Source of the DNA: Lepidodermella squamata
Taxonomy: Eukaryota; Animalia; Gastrotricha
Assembly: GCA_047495785.1 (NCBI GenBank)
Contig: JBLDXI010000015.1
Coordinates: 496,001-560,000, forward strand
DNA: 64,000 bases
Direction: 5' to 3'
Notes under the pieces: generated by a model
Database searches by the model: none
Seen by the model: only the letters and a program-made list of their open reading frames with translations
What the model was told of the DNA's origin: nothing
Program-made: the position numbers and the translations under genes
In this document: piece by piece, positions 1 to 13,861 of the stretch
Layout of the letters: each line of letters opens with the position of its first letter
Position numbering within the stretch: the first letter of the stretch is position 1

Positions 1-769
1 AGTGAAATTTGAGATAAAACCTGATGAATCTATCGCCTTCCGCTGGAGCATAATAAATTATTAAAATATTAAAGCCAACCACAGGGTCGTTGAAGCTTTT
101 TAAGTGCATGGTTTCAAAGATGGCAATTCTCCTGAAAGAATTTTCCTTGAGATTAATACCAATCGAGATATCCCTCTCTTAACCTTTTGCGTTATTCTAT
201 GCTGTGAATTTTTCATTTACTGGTAATGTTTACCTTTTCCCATATACATGAAAGAAAAGAGGCGAATATTTCATTATTTATAAATTCATGTTTGAAAATG
301 CAACTCCGTAAAATCAATTTTACACCGTACGAACTGAGATTTAAACGATGCCAGCGTCACCATAGCAGGAAGATTAAAAAAGCGCGCGGGCAGGCTGGGG
401 AAACTTTATTGACATATCTTGTTATCATGGAATCGATACCGCAAAGACATGGCTGGCGTTTTTCATCTACTATCAGGCATCGGGTATACGAATTACAAAA
501 GATGAAAAATCTGTAGGTTCAACATGCTGCCTAACAGTATGCTAAACGGCGTGAATTAGTTACATAACTTCACGATTTTCCATCTCCAATTTGCTCGTTT
601 ACACGATCATCCACCCTCCATCCTTCATAGCGGTTACAAGCTTGAAGATCCGATTCGTTCAAATCTTCTGTGGTACGTGACCTGTTTTTCTTTCCCCAAA
701 CCCGGACACATTCTTTTGAGAAATATTGCTGGGTAACTTTCCACGTTTTAGAGTTCTATCACTCATGCG

Positions 770-3700
770 ATGAAATCGCTCAGCCATTTAATTGTTTTCA
801 TCGGCTTTGCGCTCACTAAAGTTCGATGTGATGAATGGGTGACTCTACCTGAGTTGGCTAACAAGCTACCAAGTCAACTTGAGGCTCTCTTCGAATTGGC
901 TACGACAAAGGGCGAGTGCGCTTTGACTTGCGACAAATACGGCGAGGTTTGCAGCAGTTTTGCATTCAGTGAGAAACTGGGAGCGTGCAAGTTGTTTGAA
1001 CACCAAAATTTGACCAATCCCGTGCCAGATTTGGATAATGACGGCGAGAACGGGATGTTCACCATGTATTATCGAGTAAGTGACGTTTAAGAATTATTCC
1101 GGTTTAGAAAATTCTTCATCCTCCACCCACAGAGATCATGGTGTCCTTACGGCTGGGTCTCGGATCCCGTTTCTCGGCGATGTTACCTCATGGCTCCGCA
1201 AGCGTCCACACGCCTTCTAGCTTGGAAGGTTTGCGACGAGGCTCACATGTCGGAACTGGTAACTTTTGAGTCGGCACAACAGCGCGATGCGCTTTATCAA
1301 CTTGTGAGGGAAAACTATCCAGATGTAAACAAATGGTGGACTGGATATGCTAAATTTGACAACCGATTGTGGCCGAGACCCGTCGAAGGTGAGTTATTTT
1401 TCTGCTTCAAGAACGCAGAGTCAGTTCATTTACTATTTCTGAGGAAAAAATAGCATTTCGGGCAATTAGGTAGCATTGACTTCGAAATTTGGAGCTTCAA
1501 AGTCATTATTGGGCTAATAGCTTAGATTTGGGGATGCAAGGCTAGATTCCGGGACAGAAAATTGAATTTGAGGATGTAGATTCCAAAACTCAATTAAGTT
1601 TCGAATCTTCCGAATCTCAAACACGTTGTTTCCAATTACATACTTTCCTAATCTAGAGTTGTTTGGCTATGTCAAGATTCGTGGAGCGTGTGCAGGCTCA
1701 GATATCTTCGCTCAACCGCTGTCTGTTTCGCTGGAAGCATGCGCTGCGAAGTGTGATAAATCCCTGAAGAACAAATGCGTATCATTTACCTATAACTATC
1801 GAACTTCGGAATGTTCGCCCAAACTAAAAACTTGCCAAATATCAAGCGGTGCGCTAACGTCCGATCTTTGGACCTACGAAAAAGCTTTCAACCGACGACC
1901 ACCATCTCTTGAAGTCGGCGCACGAATCAGCGCTAATTCCTATCAACCCGTATTCAATCAGAGCCAATGGGCCTGTTATCAGCTGTGTCAAAGCCGAATC
2001 GACTGTGTGGCATATGTACATACACCAAGCGACAGCAATCGATGTTTAACTTTAAAAACCAGCTCTTTGACGAAAACTTATACTGTTCCAGACGATGCGT
2101 TTTACCTGATTAACGACATTGACAGCCCACCATGTGTTAAAGGGGTTCGATACCACGATGTCTGCATCCTGGCGACCCGCACGACTATCAACTGGCAGAA
2201 CGCCCAAGCCCAGTGCCGCCAGACGGGTGCCATCCTGTTCCGGCCCGTCGAGCATAGTCAGAAGTCTCTAGCTACTTACGCGTTCGTCACCAGAAATACA
2301 ACATTTCACGTCGATCTGACTGACGCCGATGTCGAGGGTGTTTTTCGAACTTATTACGACAAGGAAGACTTCGCTGATCCTAATTACGAAAGAATGCCTT
2401 TCCAAGCCGGGTAAATGGTTCACTTCAGCACTTATAGAAAAATGCGGCTATTTAGCTCGGTTCCTATAAAATGCTCTGATACTATGATTTTTCCTGCATA
2501 ATTACATAAATACGCAATAGTCATCATAGCCACTTAGCCAGAAATACTTAAATTTAAGCAAGGCTACGATTCATACATATTGCTGTAGCAGATTGGGGCA
2601 TCCGAGCTAAAAAGCTGCTTGTCATCAGTAAAATTTTACTTACCAATCGCGGAATATTTGTGCCTAATAGCTATACAAATGGCGGCAGTACGCTGAATTG
2701 CGCTGTTGCCGATGATCCAGGACCAGGTCAGCCTGATAACGCCTATTTAACTGATGGCAATTGCACTGCGAATCGCTATGGACTATGTGAGGCGCGTAAG
2801 TCATTCGTTGTTAATATTTTACAACGATTCACCTACTGCCCACTAAACTGTTCTCCAGCAACTTCGCAATCGTGGCCTACAAAGTGCCGCATCACCCCAG
2901 CAGGATCTGAGTACATGGGGAAGCTATCATACACATCATCCGGTTCGCCTTGTAGAAACTGGGGCTCGACCGCGTACGCACAACAGTGGCGAAATTTCCC
3001 AGAACAGCACACGGATCACTCGTACTGTCGAAATCCTGACCCTTTAGTCAACGGCGACAGTGTTTGGTGTATTCGAGATGAAGACGGCGTGGTCGAAAAA
3101 TGCGATGTCCCGATGTGTGGTATCTTTACCTCCCATCTTTCTCTTGATCTTTTTCATGCAATACTTGTAGGAGAAGCTGACTGGATCGACAATGCAGATG
3201 TATCGGCCGACTCTGCACAGTATGCGGCTATTACCTATGACCCGAATGAGGATGATGAGTACAGCTGGACGACGGAGTCGATTGCTAGCACAGCAAATGC
3301 TCTGTGTTCGATGACCCCAGATACGTGTAAGATCCCGAGCTTTATCGCCAAATGCACATTTCCGGGCCCGCCTATGTTTCGTCCGCGTGCGCACGCCTAT
3401 TGGCTGGCATGTGCGCAGGCCTGTTGCGCAATCAGTGCACGCGCGGAAATGTGCTAGCCGAATCACCTGCTATATAGCTATAAGAAATTTCCTGGTTCAA
3501 GTAATTTCACCGATGGTCCGAGTATGGTGCGAAGTAGAGAGAAGCTGGGGTGTCGCGACACCCCAGCTCCGGGACTCCAACTAGATGAAGTCGGGAAAAC
3601 CCACAGGGGGAATCCTTAGGTTTCTTCGGCTGGGTCCTAGAAAACAAGTAGAAAGCGCACTCTCACATCTCACGGATCCTACTTCGCTCACTGGTACGGG

Positions 3701-4420
3701 GCAAAGGGAATAGGAAAATTATGGAATTTTATAAAAAAAATGCTAAATTCTCGATTTAACATTTAACTTGTTAACTTTGTTCTTCCTTAACTTGAGCCTA
3801 CAAATCTATGTGCAATGGATAATTCTTCATCCGAGAATTTTAAATCACTGCAAAAGTATGAGACTGAAAGATTTCAAAAAATCCCATAAAAGTCATGGGA
3901 TTCCTTTCTTATTTCTGGAATCCCCTTACTGAAGTTCTGTATTCCTTTTGATTTTGACAGGGTGCGAATACTATTTTGACGGCAGCTGTTACAAAATCTA
4001 CCGCATGATGAAATCATACTCTGATGCAGCCGCGATTTGCGCGTCAAATGGCTGGCATCTTGTAACAATAACGTCTGATGATGAGCATCAATATCTGACT
4101 GGTATAACGGTCATTTACTTCAGTGAGTTACCAACACTTGCATTGTCCTCGTTTGATTTGTTACAATTCGTTACTCGTTTCTAGAGCGACTCACGACCCC
4201 TTATAGCGGCTACCTCATGGGACTCTCTGGAACGAAGCCAGCAAACTATACGTGGATCAATGGCGAGCCGTTTCGTTACACTCGATGGGCAGGTTCGAAG
4301 CCGAGTTTAAGCGGGGTTGTGTGTGCTTACACCGGTGTATGGGCAGTCGGCGACAACTGGGTCGATTTGCCCTGCTCAACGCTTGCTTGGTTCATCTGCG
4401 AAACAGAAATCGTTGCTTAA
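770..4420 (+). CDS. Secreted mosaic protein (SP-PAN-partial CTL-PAN-PAN-CTL-kringle-CTL), 8 exons, ~751 aa
   Basis: Phase-consistent GT-AG exons 770-1075, 1133-1388, 1657-2410, 2671-2795, 2859-3119, 3171-3326, 3961-4122, 4185-4420 (2256 nt). Hydrophobic N-terminus; PAN-like CxxxC..CxSF..C; C-type lectin motifs CPYGW..CY and W.DLPC...WFICE; kringle YMG..CRNW..SYCRNPD..WC..CDVPMC. Confidence 0.85.
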
Positions 4421-5855
4421 CAATATTATCCGATAAATTACTCAGATGTCCTTAAAGACGTGGAACGCTATAGCATATAGGCTAGAATAAATGTCATGCA
4501 ATAGATGTGTGAGCTTTTCGATGGATTTTCTGCTCCGTAAGACGCGCTACTATTTTCGGAAGTCCCGAATGATCGAAGCTACTGGTTACCACTGTGACGG
4601 GTCCATAACTCGCGGTTCCTCTGAACTTGAGTAAATTATAGCTCGAAAATGCTGAATAATGAGCTGAAAGTAGTAGCGCAATTTATATGCTTATTTTTAA
4701 TAGAAGGCCCTGGCCTTCTTTGATTGGACTTTTTATATTACTCCCACTTAACTAATGTTTCTGTTTATATTAACCTGATAGGCTTCAGAATGCTTTGGTT
4801 GATATGCTTTCTGAACATTTCTCTCTAACACGTTTTTGATGTACCACCTGGAGTGGTTAAATCTGATAATAAAATAATGAAAAAGTTTTCGGTAACTGCA
4901 TTCTAATCATTCAAAGATCCTGAGGATATGCTCTACCGCCAACTACCGTAGTACTGAATTGAGTGGTAATAGCGATAGGATTTTCTTTAGCGATAGGGAT
5001 GATTGGAAAAATTGAGAAATGAAATCTAGCATTGTAAAGCGTCAAAATTCAAACATTCAAATACAATGTTCCAGTTCATTTTAATTCGCGACGCCCCTCT
5101 CGAGTTATATAGTAGCACAGGTGCTAGTTATTTTCAGACTACGCTGTTCCAAAAGCGGATGGTTAGAAAAGGTAATTGGTAAATTGTAAATGGCGATTGT
5201 TCGTCATAGATGTTGGAATCGATTGATGGGATACCAGGATTTTAAATATGAAAATCAAATGATTTTTCCCTTGAAGGGATGGAATGTTACGCCGGGGAAA
5301 CCATTCAACAGAGAGCAAGTATTTTCCCAATTAGCGTCCCACTTCTGCTTGATTTTTGTGTTCAGTATAATTTGTTTGAGCTCGGGGCTGTATTTATTAT
5401 TTGAGTATTCGAGGCATTTAAAGCCAAGTTTTTTCCACGGTGTTGAAATAAATTCCAAATCCTAACTCCGCTTCTCAAACTATAGCGACAGGCATCAAAC
5501 AAAAACAAACCAAACTAAGATCCAATTAATATCGCATATACTAGTTTTTTCCTACCTAGTCTTATTCTCAGCATTACGGTGATGATATTTTTGCTGATTA
5601 TTTCTAGCTGCGAATTCATACAGTTCAAATGTATGAGCCTCGACGGTGATTCATCGTTGTTATCTCAATACCCTTTTGTCAGTGCGATATTATCATTCGC
5701 TTCTACGCGTAACTCGAAACAAAAGCACACAAAAGCACTTGTGGCTAGATAACCTTTTGTTTTGCACTCACAGCTTCAAGTAGCAACCGCTTGTTTTCAC
5801 AGGTCCGGATGCGAATTAATTTAGGGCAGAAATATTCAAAAATACCCAATGAGAA

Positions 5856-7268
5856 ATGGCGGAACCTAGTCATCAATCTCAGATCGAAAGCCCCAAATTT
5901 CGAATGCTAGCTGATTTCATCCTACCAGCGCTGTTCATCGCATTCGGCCTCAGCAGTTGGATAAGTGTCAACACTTTCTGGATAGAAACTCCAATTTTAG
6001 CTACAACTCAGCCTGAAGCATGGCAATTGGCTTCCTATGCAACTGTTATCATCCAGCTGGGCAACATCGGCCCACTCATCATGCTGGCGGTCAAGAACAA
6101 AATTCCATATTCGAATGTGATCTACGGCATTCTAGCTCTTCTTCTAGTAACTAACATCATCTTACCATTTGTTTACCATTTTACGTCGGACATCGGTGGT
6201 GAACCTCATAGCGTCGCTCTTTTCATCGGAATCTTCTTATTCGCGCTATGTGACTGCTCGAGTAATGTTACCTATCTACCCTATATGGCGAATTTCAACC
6301 CGAGATATATGGTCTATTTCTTCGTTGGAGAAGGCCTGAGTGGTTTGGTACCGAGCATTTTCGGAATAATTCAAGGAAGTGGTTCATACTCGTGCATCTA
6401 TCCAAACAATTCAAATGAGAGCAATGAAACAATCTACCCAACCTATTCGCCGGCAAATTTCGATTTTTCAGTCTTTCTCCATATTTCGACCGGATTTCTC
6501 ACAATTTCTCTGATTGCTTACATCGCGATAGAGCAAATTTACCGCAAACTCAAATGTGGCCTCAATAGCTCTGACATCCTCAAAGCCGACCAAGATAGGG
6601 TTGTAAAAAAGCCAGGCTATGACAGTATGTCTAGAAGCGTGAATACAAGCGTTTCAGCCCTTTCGAACCCTTCAGAATTCCAAACAGCGGAGTCGGTGAG
6701 CTCAACACCTAGCAAGCCTGAGAATTACATCGTTGAATACGCAATAAATGGCTTCATTTGCTTTGTTACAAATGGCTTTCTCCCGAGTTTGAGCTCGTAC
6801 GCAGCTATGCCTTATGGACTGATGTTTTACCGGCTAACGACTTGCCTCTCAGTGGCTGCGACTCCAATTGCCTGTTGGATATGCATGTGTCTCAAGTATG
6901 TCCGAAATTTCTTTTACCATTTATAACTCATAATCTTTTTCAGGGTGAGAAGTATCAGGGTGATATCAGCCATCGTCCTTCTTGCGACAATACCAGTGAT
7001 CTATGTGATAACGCTCGCTGCTCTGAGCCCCAAACCGCCTCTAAGTGATGAACCGATGGGCGGAGTCTTGATTATAGCTGCCTGGGTTGTCTTGACCGGC
7101 TTCTTCATGTTCTCGAGGCTTAGCATCGTTCAACGCGTCCAGGCTGGCGGCGAACGTGCCCTGTTCTGGTTTGGGCTGACCACCCAGGGCGCGTCGCTGT
7201 GCGGCGCTGTGCTTTCTTTCCTGTTGGTTGCGATTCTGAAAGTCTTCAATGACCCAATATTATGTTAA
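5856..7268 (+). CDS. SLC52A: SLC52-family riboflavin transporter, 2 exons, ~454 aa
   Basis: Exons 5856-6895 and 6944-7268 (48-nt GT-AG intron). Family motifs FGLSSWISVNTFWIETP, PEAWQLASY..QLGNIGP, DCSSNVTYLPYM, YFFVGEGLSGLVPS, LSPKPPL; many TM segments. Confidence 0.93.
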
Positions 7269-10200
7269 TTCAATCTGAAAAGCATTAGTTTGTTAGCATT
7301 TCACTAAAGTTAAAGAAAATAAATCGCGAACAATTTATCCTGAAATCTATCACCCGCCTTGCATTATTCCATTGAATTTAGTACTACATCGTACATCGCG
7401 ACCAACTACTCGTTCATGTTTTTTGTCTTTCCATATAAATGCACGTGGGTTATGATCATGTGATAATAGCGCTATTATGCCATGCCCGCTTGACTATGGC
7501 AAATATTTAGCGGGTAAACAAAGATTGTCCGCACAGAGAGCCGTTTCAAATAACCCTTAAGCCGGAATTATTGAATTGCTTTGAGGCTTCGAATATTGGC
7601 AACAGCAGCAGCATAGCTGCTACAGTAGCGCCGGGGGAACCCATTGTTCACCTTTCCGTAAATTTAAAGTTTACACGTGGATAAGATTGTTATTTATGAG
7701 TAGAAAGAAAAAAACAATAAAAAACAAAGCACGAGCTATCGATACCTATGTGGAAGAGGTCACATGTTACGTGTTACTTCATTACCAGTAGGTTGTAGTC
7801 GACAAGCAGCTTGACGAGTCGACAACTATGGCGCCGTCGCCGAGAGGAGAAGGGTCCGTATTTCGGTCCCAGGTCCAAAAATGAGACTTCGTCGACGCAC
7901 TTGATGCGTGGAAGTCAGCCCAAAACTTGAATCATCATTTCAAGCCAACAGCGGCGACGTTGTTAGAGACTTGTGCCACGCATAAAAATTTCGCCCCATT
8001 GTCATACCAAACGGAAAGTATCAGCTGCTTCCGATTTTGTTTCAGCAAACTCGTAAGCTCGCGACAAATTAAAATCACGGCAGATTTGGTTTTTATATGA
8101 GAGCACGGGAAATGCTCTGTAATAGCCGGCAATATACGGTGAAAAAGAGCAAAATTCGCCGCAACAACAGCGTTGAGATCGTAGGCAATGAAGTTGTGCG
8201 GGGCAGCTCGCAGCTCGTTCAGAAACGGTGTGCTTCAATGCTCCGGAGTCAATGATACACTTTCGTTTTTCTCCACACAGGGCCCTCTTTGACCGAATTC
8301 GTTTGCCGAGTTGAGCGAATCACAAAATGTCATTGAGTTCCAGGAGCTTTACACCAACAAAGACGAAAGATTTGATTTGAGAAATATTTGCGGCGAGAAA
8401 TACATGTCAAAAATCATCAAATCATCATTATTAGCTATTAGCTAGGTCGTCTATTAGCTGAAAATCGAGATTAATAAATAACGCTACAACAACAAATCAT
8501 CGCCAGTCATAGATCATCATGTCTTCAGGCATTTTTTACCATTTAAATACCGTTCAGCGCGTGCTTCGCACAGGCCGTAGTAGCCTAGGCTCTTATTCAA
8601 GATAGGACTATGCATCGGCGAAATTCAATTAACCCAGGCTTCTAAACGAGACAGGCTTCTAAACGAGGGGAAGCTTATATTCCGGTAACTACGGTATATA
8701 CAGTGTGTCCGCGAAATAATACGCACCTATTTTTAGACTTTTAAGACTAGTCGCAGATGTTGCTCAAGGCGTGTGACTCCTTAGGCTAGTTTTCAACTGA
8801 AACGGTTATCTCCCACGTGCCACTTTGAAAAAAGTATGGTATTTTTTATGAATGCACACACAGTGAAAATAAGAATTTAAATGACGAAATTATTTTTTTT
8901 TCCAAATTATTATCGACAGTGTTTAACAGAACTAATTTAAAAATGGAATATACAAATCAATTCCAAGTTTCATTTCCGCGATGCGTCCAGTTTTCAAATT
9001 TCCTGTCGTTGACGAAATTCGAGTTAATTTTCAAATCAAAAATAAACAAAAAAAAACGGTCATGAAGAGCGCTGAGATGAATTGAATTGAATTTTAATTG
9101 AATTTATGCTTTTTTGTGAAAAAATAGCAGCTGGAACGTGTTTTCTGCTACTGAACCCCAATTTGAATTTTTTAACCGATTCCATTATGGCTTATGCCTT
9201 GTTTAGAATAGCTTAAATTTTACTTTCACATTTCTCACATACAGCGGTGTCCACAAATTGATTTTCTTGAATTTCCTGCTCATTCTCGGCGCTGTGGTCC
9301 GAATCGTCCCACTCCGAAGAACCCGATTCCGCTGATGATTCATGATAAGACTCATCAGAACTGTCGTCTTCTTCCGGACTTTCTAGCTTGGCTCTTTTTG
9401 CTTTCATTTTGAATTAAAATTTCAAAAATGATGACTAAAATTCCCAAGTTCGTTATAACAATGGTTAATAGCACGTGTTCACGCGCGAAGGAGCCACCTG
9501 GCGGCGTTCGTTATATAGAAAGTTCGTTATAACAAATGTTATTTACATACAAAAAGGCGTAATTTTGCACGAGCCAGCCATTTTTGTTCGTTATAGCAAA
9601 AGTTCGTTATGTACCCCGTTCGTTATAACGATTCTGCACTGTAAATAGGTAAACAACGGCATTTTTTACAAGCAATATCCCTTCCGTTTCTTGAAATTCT
9701 GATTAAAATTTGTTTTTTTTATCACAACAATGGTGGCAATTTTAGATCGCGTAGATCGCAAAGATCGCAAAGATCGCACTAGCTAAAATTGTAGGGCACA
9801 CGACACAGATCATAGATAAATAAAAAAGAGAGATCTGACACGCTAGTACATTTATGTGTGCCGAAATGATTCATCAAGAGTTTTTGCTTCTTGGTCGCGT
9901 GACCTGAAAATCACTTGTCAACATCACTATAAAAAATACGGCATAATCAACGCAAGTGACAAGTGATTTCGGGTGGCTACTTCATCTCAATTTATCTCAA
10001 AACACGCCTCCTTCGATTTTCTCCGAACTAATTTTATTTTGAAGTATCAAACTCGAGCTACATCTACATTTTTTCCGAATTTGCGGCCGGCCTTCCGTTA
10101 ATTTCCGAGAATTTTTCAAATCTTCCACATTTCAGCAATCAATTTAATGGCGCTAGTTTTTTTTGGTGGCGTGAATCATAATTATTGCAGATAACGCTGT

Positions 10201-11233
10201 GATTCATCTGGCGATTTTTTGCAAAAAGCTCGAAAAAGCAATAATAACCACTGTGCGGAAACGTGCTTCTTTTAGAATTTTTCTACCAACAACTATTCCC
10301 TGGCCGGAAATTCCGATTAGACAAGCGTTGAGTTGAAGGTGAGATCTACATGCCCTATTTTTTTCAAGAAAATCGAAGGAGGCGTGCATCTGAATGGTGA
10401 AAGTTCCGCTGATGGTTTACACATATGAATCAAGAATATTATGATTGAAAACAGAATGACGGGAAATAAACGTTAAGTACATCAAAGAAAAGCTTAATTG
10501 GCAATACTTCATTTGCTTTGGACTTCCTGAGTCAGGTATCATTTATTTCAGGAATCTTTTCCAGTTGTATTTGCGTGCATTGTTTCAAATCGCAATTGAA
10601 GCACTTTAATACCGCGAAAAGAATCACCCAACCACTTTGTTAATAGGAAGCGATCCCCCTGATATTTAATGTTATCATTTTCATCGGATAATCTTACTAT
10701 GATTATATTCGATTGATTTTCCAGCGTTATTTCTGGTCAGTTTTTTTATTTATTTATTCCTTCAGAGTCGAAATGGAATGAATCAGCATCCAGTGAAGGC
10801 GAAGGGCGAGCCAAATTCAATGCTCTGCAAATTTTAGGAATACACATTGATATAGCGATTTGACAGAATTGTGACGCAGTAATTGGCTACGGTAAACTCA
10901 AATTTCGCCAGATATATTTTCGCGAAATTGCCCTCTTTTGTGCCCACAATTTGACCATGTTAACGGACATTTGCCGACACCCAGAGAAAGTCCGTTTACG
11001 TCACCATTGAAAGTCCGTTTACGTCGAAATCAAGAGCCTCGCGACATTAATTGCGGTTATTCTTTTGTTTCAACTAATAAATTGCGCAGCGAGCAAACAC
11101 AACAAGAAGGCTAAGTCACGGTCCGCTTACCAGAACAAACAGCCACGCTTAACAACGCGTGTCGTGCTTGCGCTGCCACTCCTCGTTACACCGGCTATAA
11201 AAGCATTCGCTTCTGTATCAAACGGGCATCAAA

Positions 11234-12572
11234 ATGTTGTTCGGCTTAGCAATTTTTCTAGCCTGCGGTGTGGCTCGCTCGCAAGCTGTATCGGCTACAT
11301 GTCAAGACCCGTGCAGTTCGTCGATCGATCAGCTGTCACTGACCAGTTTAACTTCAGTGACAACATGTGGAGGCACGGCGACCACAAGCGACGTTGCCAG
11401 CGCTCCAACGGTGAAATACTCAAAGGCTGACTCGGCCTCGATGTACACGCTCGTCATGGTGGATCCTGACGCGCCGACCCCTAACTGTCCGACCATGCTC
11501 TACTACAAGCACTGGATTGTCACTAATATTCCGGGCAGCACTCTCTCCGCTGGGTAAGAATTTAGAACATGGCGATTATCAGAAATTCATTTGCAGTCAG
11601 TGTGAGAAGTAGGATCATTGGGGGAACTTTCCTTGTGAGTAATATAGGAACTTTCTGGTATATTCTGACCTGCTTGTTTTTTGGGGTATTCTTGCCTGGA
11701 TTTTTCCAGCTGGGGTTGTGTTCCCCCAGTAGCCCTAGCCCCTGTACCAGAGCTTTGGATTGGATTTGATTTGATTTACCGCTTAAATCATGGACCTCCT
11801 TCAATCAATCAAAATCAATCAATGTCCCTCTTTCGAAGAACTAAATCAATCAAATCAAATCATTGACACCGATGAATCACAATAAATAACGACACATCAG
11901 GATTATTTTAACCAATCTGGGGGCTTTGAAAATTCAAAAATAGCGCGAATTTGAAACTATTTTTATACAAAAGGCAGAAAGATCTTAGTTTGGCGGCATC
12001 CGAGATTTCAAGTTCTTCGATTTCATCCGTCACCGTAATCAAAATCAATCAAGTCAAAAGGCTGTTAATTAAAAATCAATTTAAATAAATCACCGAAAAT
12101 ATCAAATAATAGAGTATAAATCAAATCAAATCAAATCGAAAGCACTGCCCTGTACTTCGCATACTGTTCGCACTAATTATGCAATATTTTCTAATAACTC
12201 TAATGCCGTTCCTATAGGAGCTCGTCCCTTGACGGATCCGGCAATGCGTGGACGGTCGTAAATTCTTACGTCGCGCCAACTCCTCCGATGGGCGTTCACC
12301 GCTACCAGTTTTTCCTGTTCAAGCAGACATCGACTCTCAGCATTACAGCGGATACAAACCGACAAAGCTTTGACTTTGTCAGCTGGGTGAAAACCTACGG
12401 ATTAACAACGCTCTCCGCCGGTTACGCTTACAAAGTAGACAGCGGTGTGACTGATACTTGCACGGCCACGTCATCTACATGCGTCAGCTTGTTTGGAAAT
12501 GCCCCGATTTCAACACCCAGTCTGGCACTTTCAAGCGTTATGTTGATTATTTCTGCGGTTGTTGCTCTGTAG
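11234..12572 (+). CDS. PEBP/RKIP-family protein with signal peptide and GPI-like hydrophobic tail, 2 exons, ~224 aa
   Basis: Exons 11234-11553 and 12218-12572 join in frame. Motifs YTLVMVDPDAP, HWIVTNIPG, YVAPTPPMGVHRYQFFLFKQ. TATAAAA at ~11196. Confidence 0.9.
11748..12147. mobile_element. hAT-type MITE in the PEBP intron
   Basis: Imperfect CAG...CTG TIRs with GATTT/AAATC subterminal repeats; 8-bp TSD CCCTGTAC at 11740-11747 and 12148-12155. Confidence 0.85.
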
Positions 12573-12895
12573 TCGGAGGCAGCCAACTGGATCTTATAAT
12601 CAAAAAGCTTATGCTGACCGAGAATGTTTACACATACATACCTAACATGAATATATTTTCTTTTGAGAAGAAAAGTTAAAATAAAAAATTCGATGCTACG
12701 CCAGCTTGAGGAAAATTCATTTCACGGCTCAAATTCTGGATCATAATAGTGATGTCTGTCTCCAGTCTCCTGGACTTTGCGAAAGTTCCTGTGAGACAGT
12801 GAAATGAAAATGAGACCTCGGCGATTAGCCTAAACGAAATTGTAAGCAGAAGAAAGGATTTAGAGACATCAATCTTTATTTTTGGTCTACTGAAC

Positions 12896-13861
12896 CTAAT
12901 TCTTGCATAAGAGGGCATATAGAACGGCGCATAATGTGACTAAGGAAGCATTTACATGAGGGCTGCTAGCTGCATTCGGAATCTTTATGCGACCTCCGCT
13001 CTTCTCATTGATCCACACCATGTATTCCGAGACTCGAGTGAAAACGTCAGGAGAGTTTGCTCTGCCACATTCACTGGGCCCGAATGAATCGGCTCCAATG
13101 ACCACCATTCGCTTGTCGATCTCTACAACAAGCGGACCGCCTGAATCGCCACGACAGGCCCCCTTCCCGCCCAGCGACGTCCCGCCAACGCAAATCATCC
13201 CATCTGTTATCGTCACGCCCGAGTAAACACCCTTGCACTGGTAGTTAGGCATAGTAGCCAAGCGAATTTGCTGAAGAAGTGCCGGAATCGGCCCGTTTGT
13301 AGATATTCTCCCCCAACCAGTGATTGTTGCTGTTTCGCTGGACAAACTGCCAATCGAAAGCCAAGGCAGACAGGCTGGCTGAATGTAGTCAACGAACGTA
13401 ATTTTAGAAGAGAGACGAAGCAAGGCAATGTCGTTGGCGTATTTCGATGGATAGTTGTGATTTTCGTGGATGATGACCTGGCTTACACTGAAGGTTTTTT
13501 GTTGGGGTTCGTCTACACTCAGATCTTGTTTACCCGCAATCACCTGCCAATTTTGCGCCATGCCCGAGTCTGTAGAACCGGAGAAGCAGTGAGCTGCGCT
13601 GAGGATGTACTCATCGCTTATGATTGTCCCGCCGCACGCGTGGCATTGCTGCATAGTTTTGCATCTTTGGTTGGTGTACTGAAGGGTGACCTGCCACGGG
13701 TACGCATTAGCTTTGGCCGTTGTCCCACCAACTATGTATGGGCTGAATGAAGCATTAAAGCTGTTCGTGAAAGTCCCGTATTTATTCACGCCACAGGAAC
13801 CAGACGGGATAGCTCCGACTGAACCAGCGATGAGGGAAATTGCGAAAATAGCCGAAATCAT
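12896..13861 (-). CDS. S1A serine protease paralogue 1, intronless, signal peptide and GPI-like tail, 321 aa
   Basis: MISAIFAISLIAGSVGA signal, Y-IVGG, SAAHC, NDIALL, GDSGGP; hydrophobic C-terminus. The ATG at 13861 is preferred over the upstream non-ATG ORF start. Confidence 0.93.
   Translation of the reverse strand: MISAIFAISLIAGSVGAIPSGSCGVNKYGTFTNSFNASFSPYIVGGTTAKANAYPWQVTLQYTNQRCKTMQQCHACGGTIISDEYILSAAHCFSGSTDSGMAQNWQVIAGKQDLSVDEPQQKTFSVSQVIIHENHNYPSKYANDIALLRLSSKITFVDYIQPACLPWLSIGSLSSETATITGWGRISTNGPIPALLQQIRLATMPNYQCKGVYSGVTITDGMICVGGTSLGGKGACRGDSGGPLVVEIDKRMVVIGADSFGPSECGRANSPDVFTRVSEYMVWINEKSGGRIKIPNAASSPHVNASLVTLCAVLYALLCKN

Noticed and set aside
226-516. 96-aa ORF and similar short ORFs in AT-rich intergenic DNA
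   Set aside because: No motifs or splice support; consistent with chance ORFs.
7800-9650. Short ORFs and MITE-like ends (8695-8730, GTTATA repeats 9450-9643)
   Set aside because: Probably TE debris; no paired termini or recognisable protein found.
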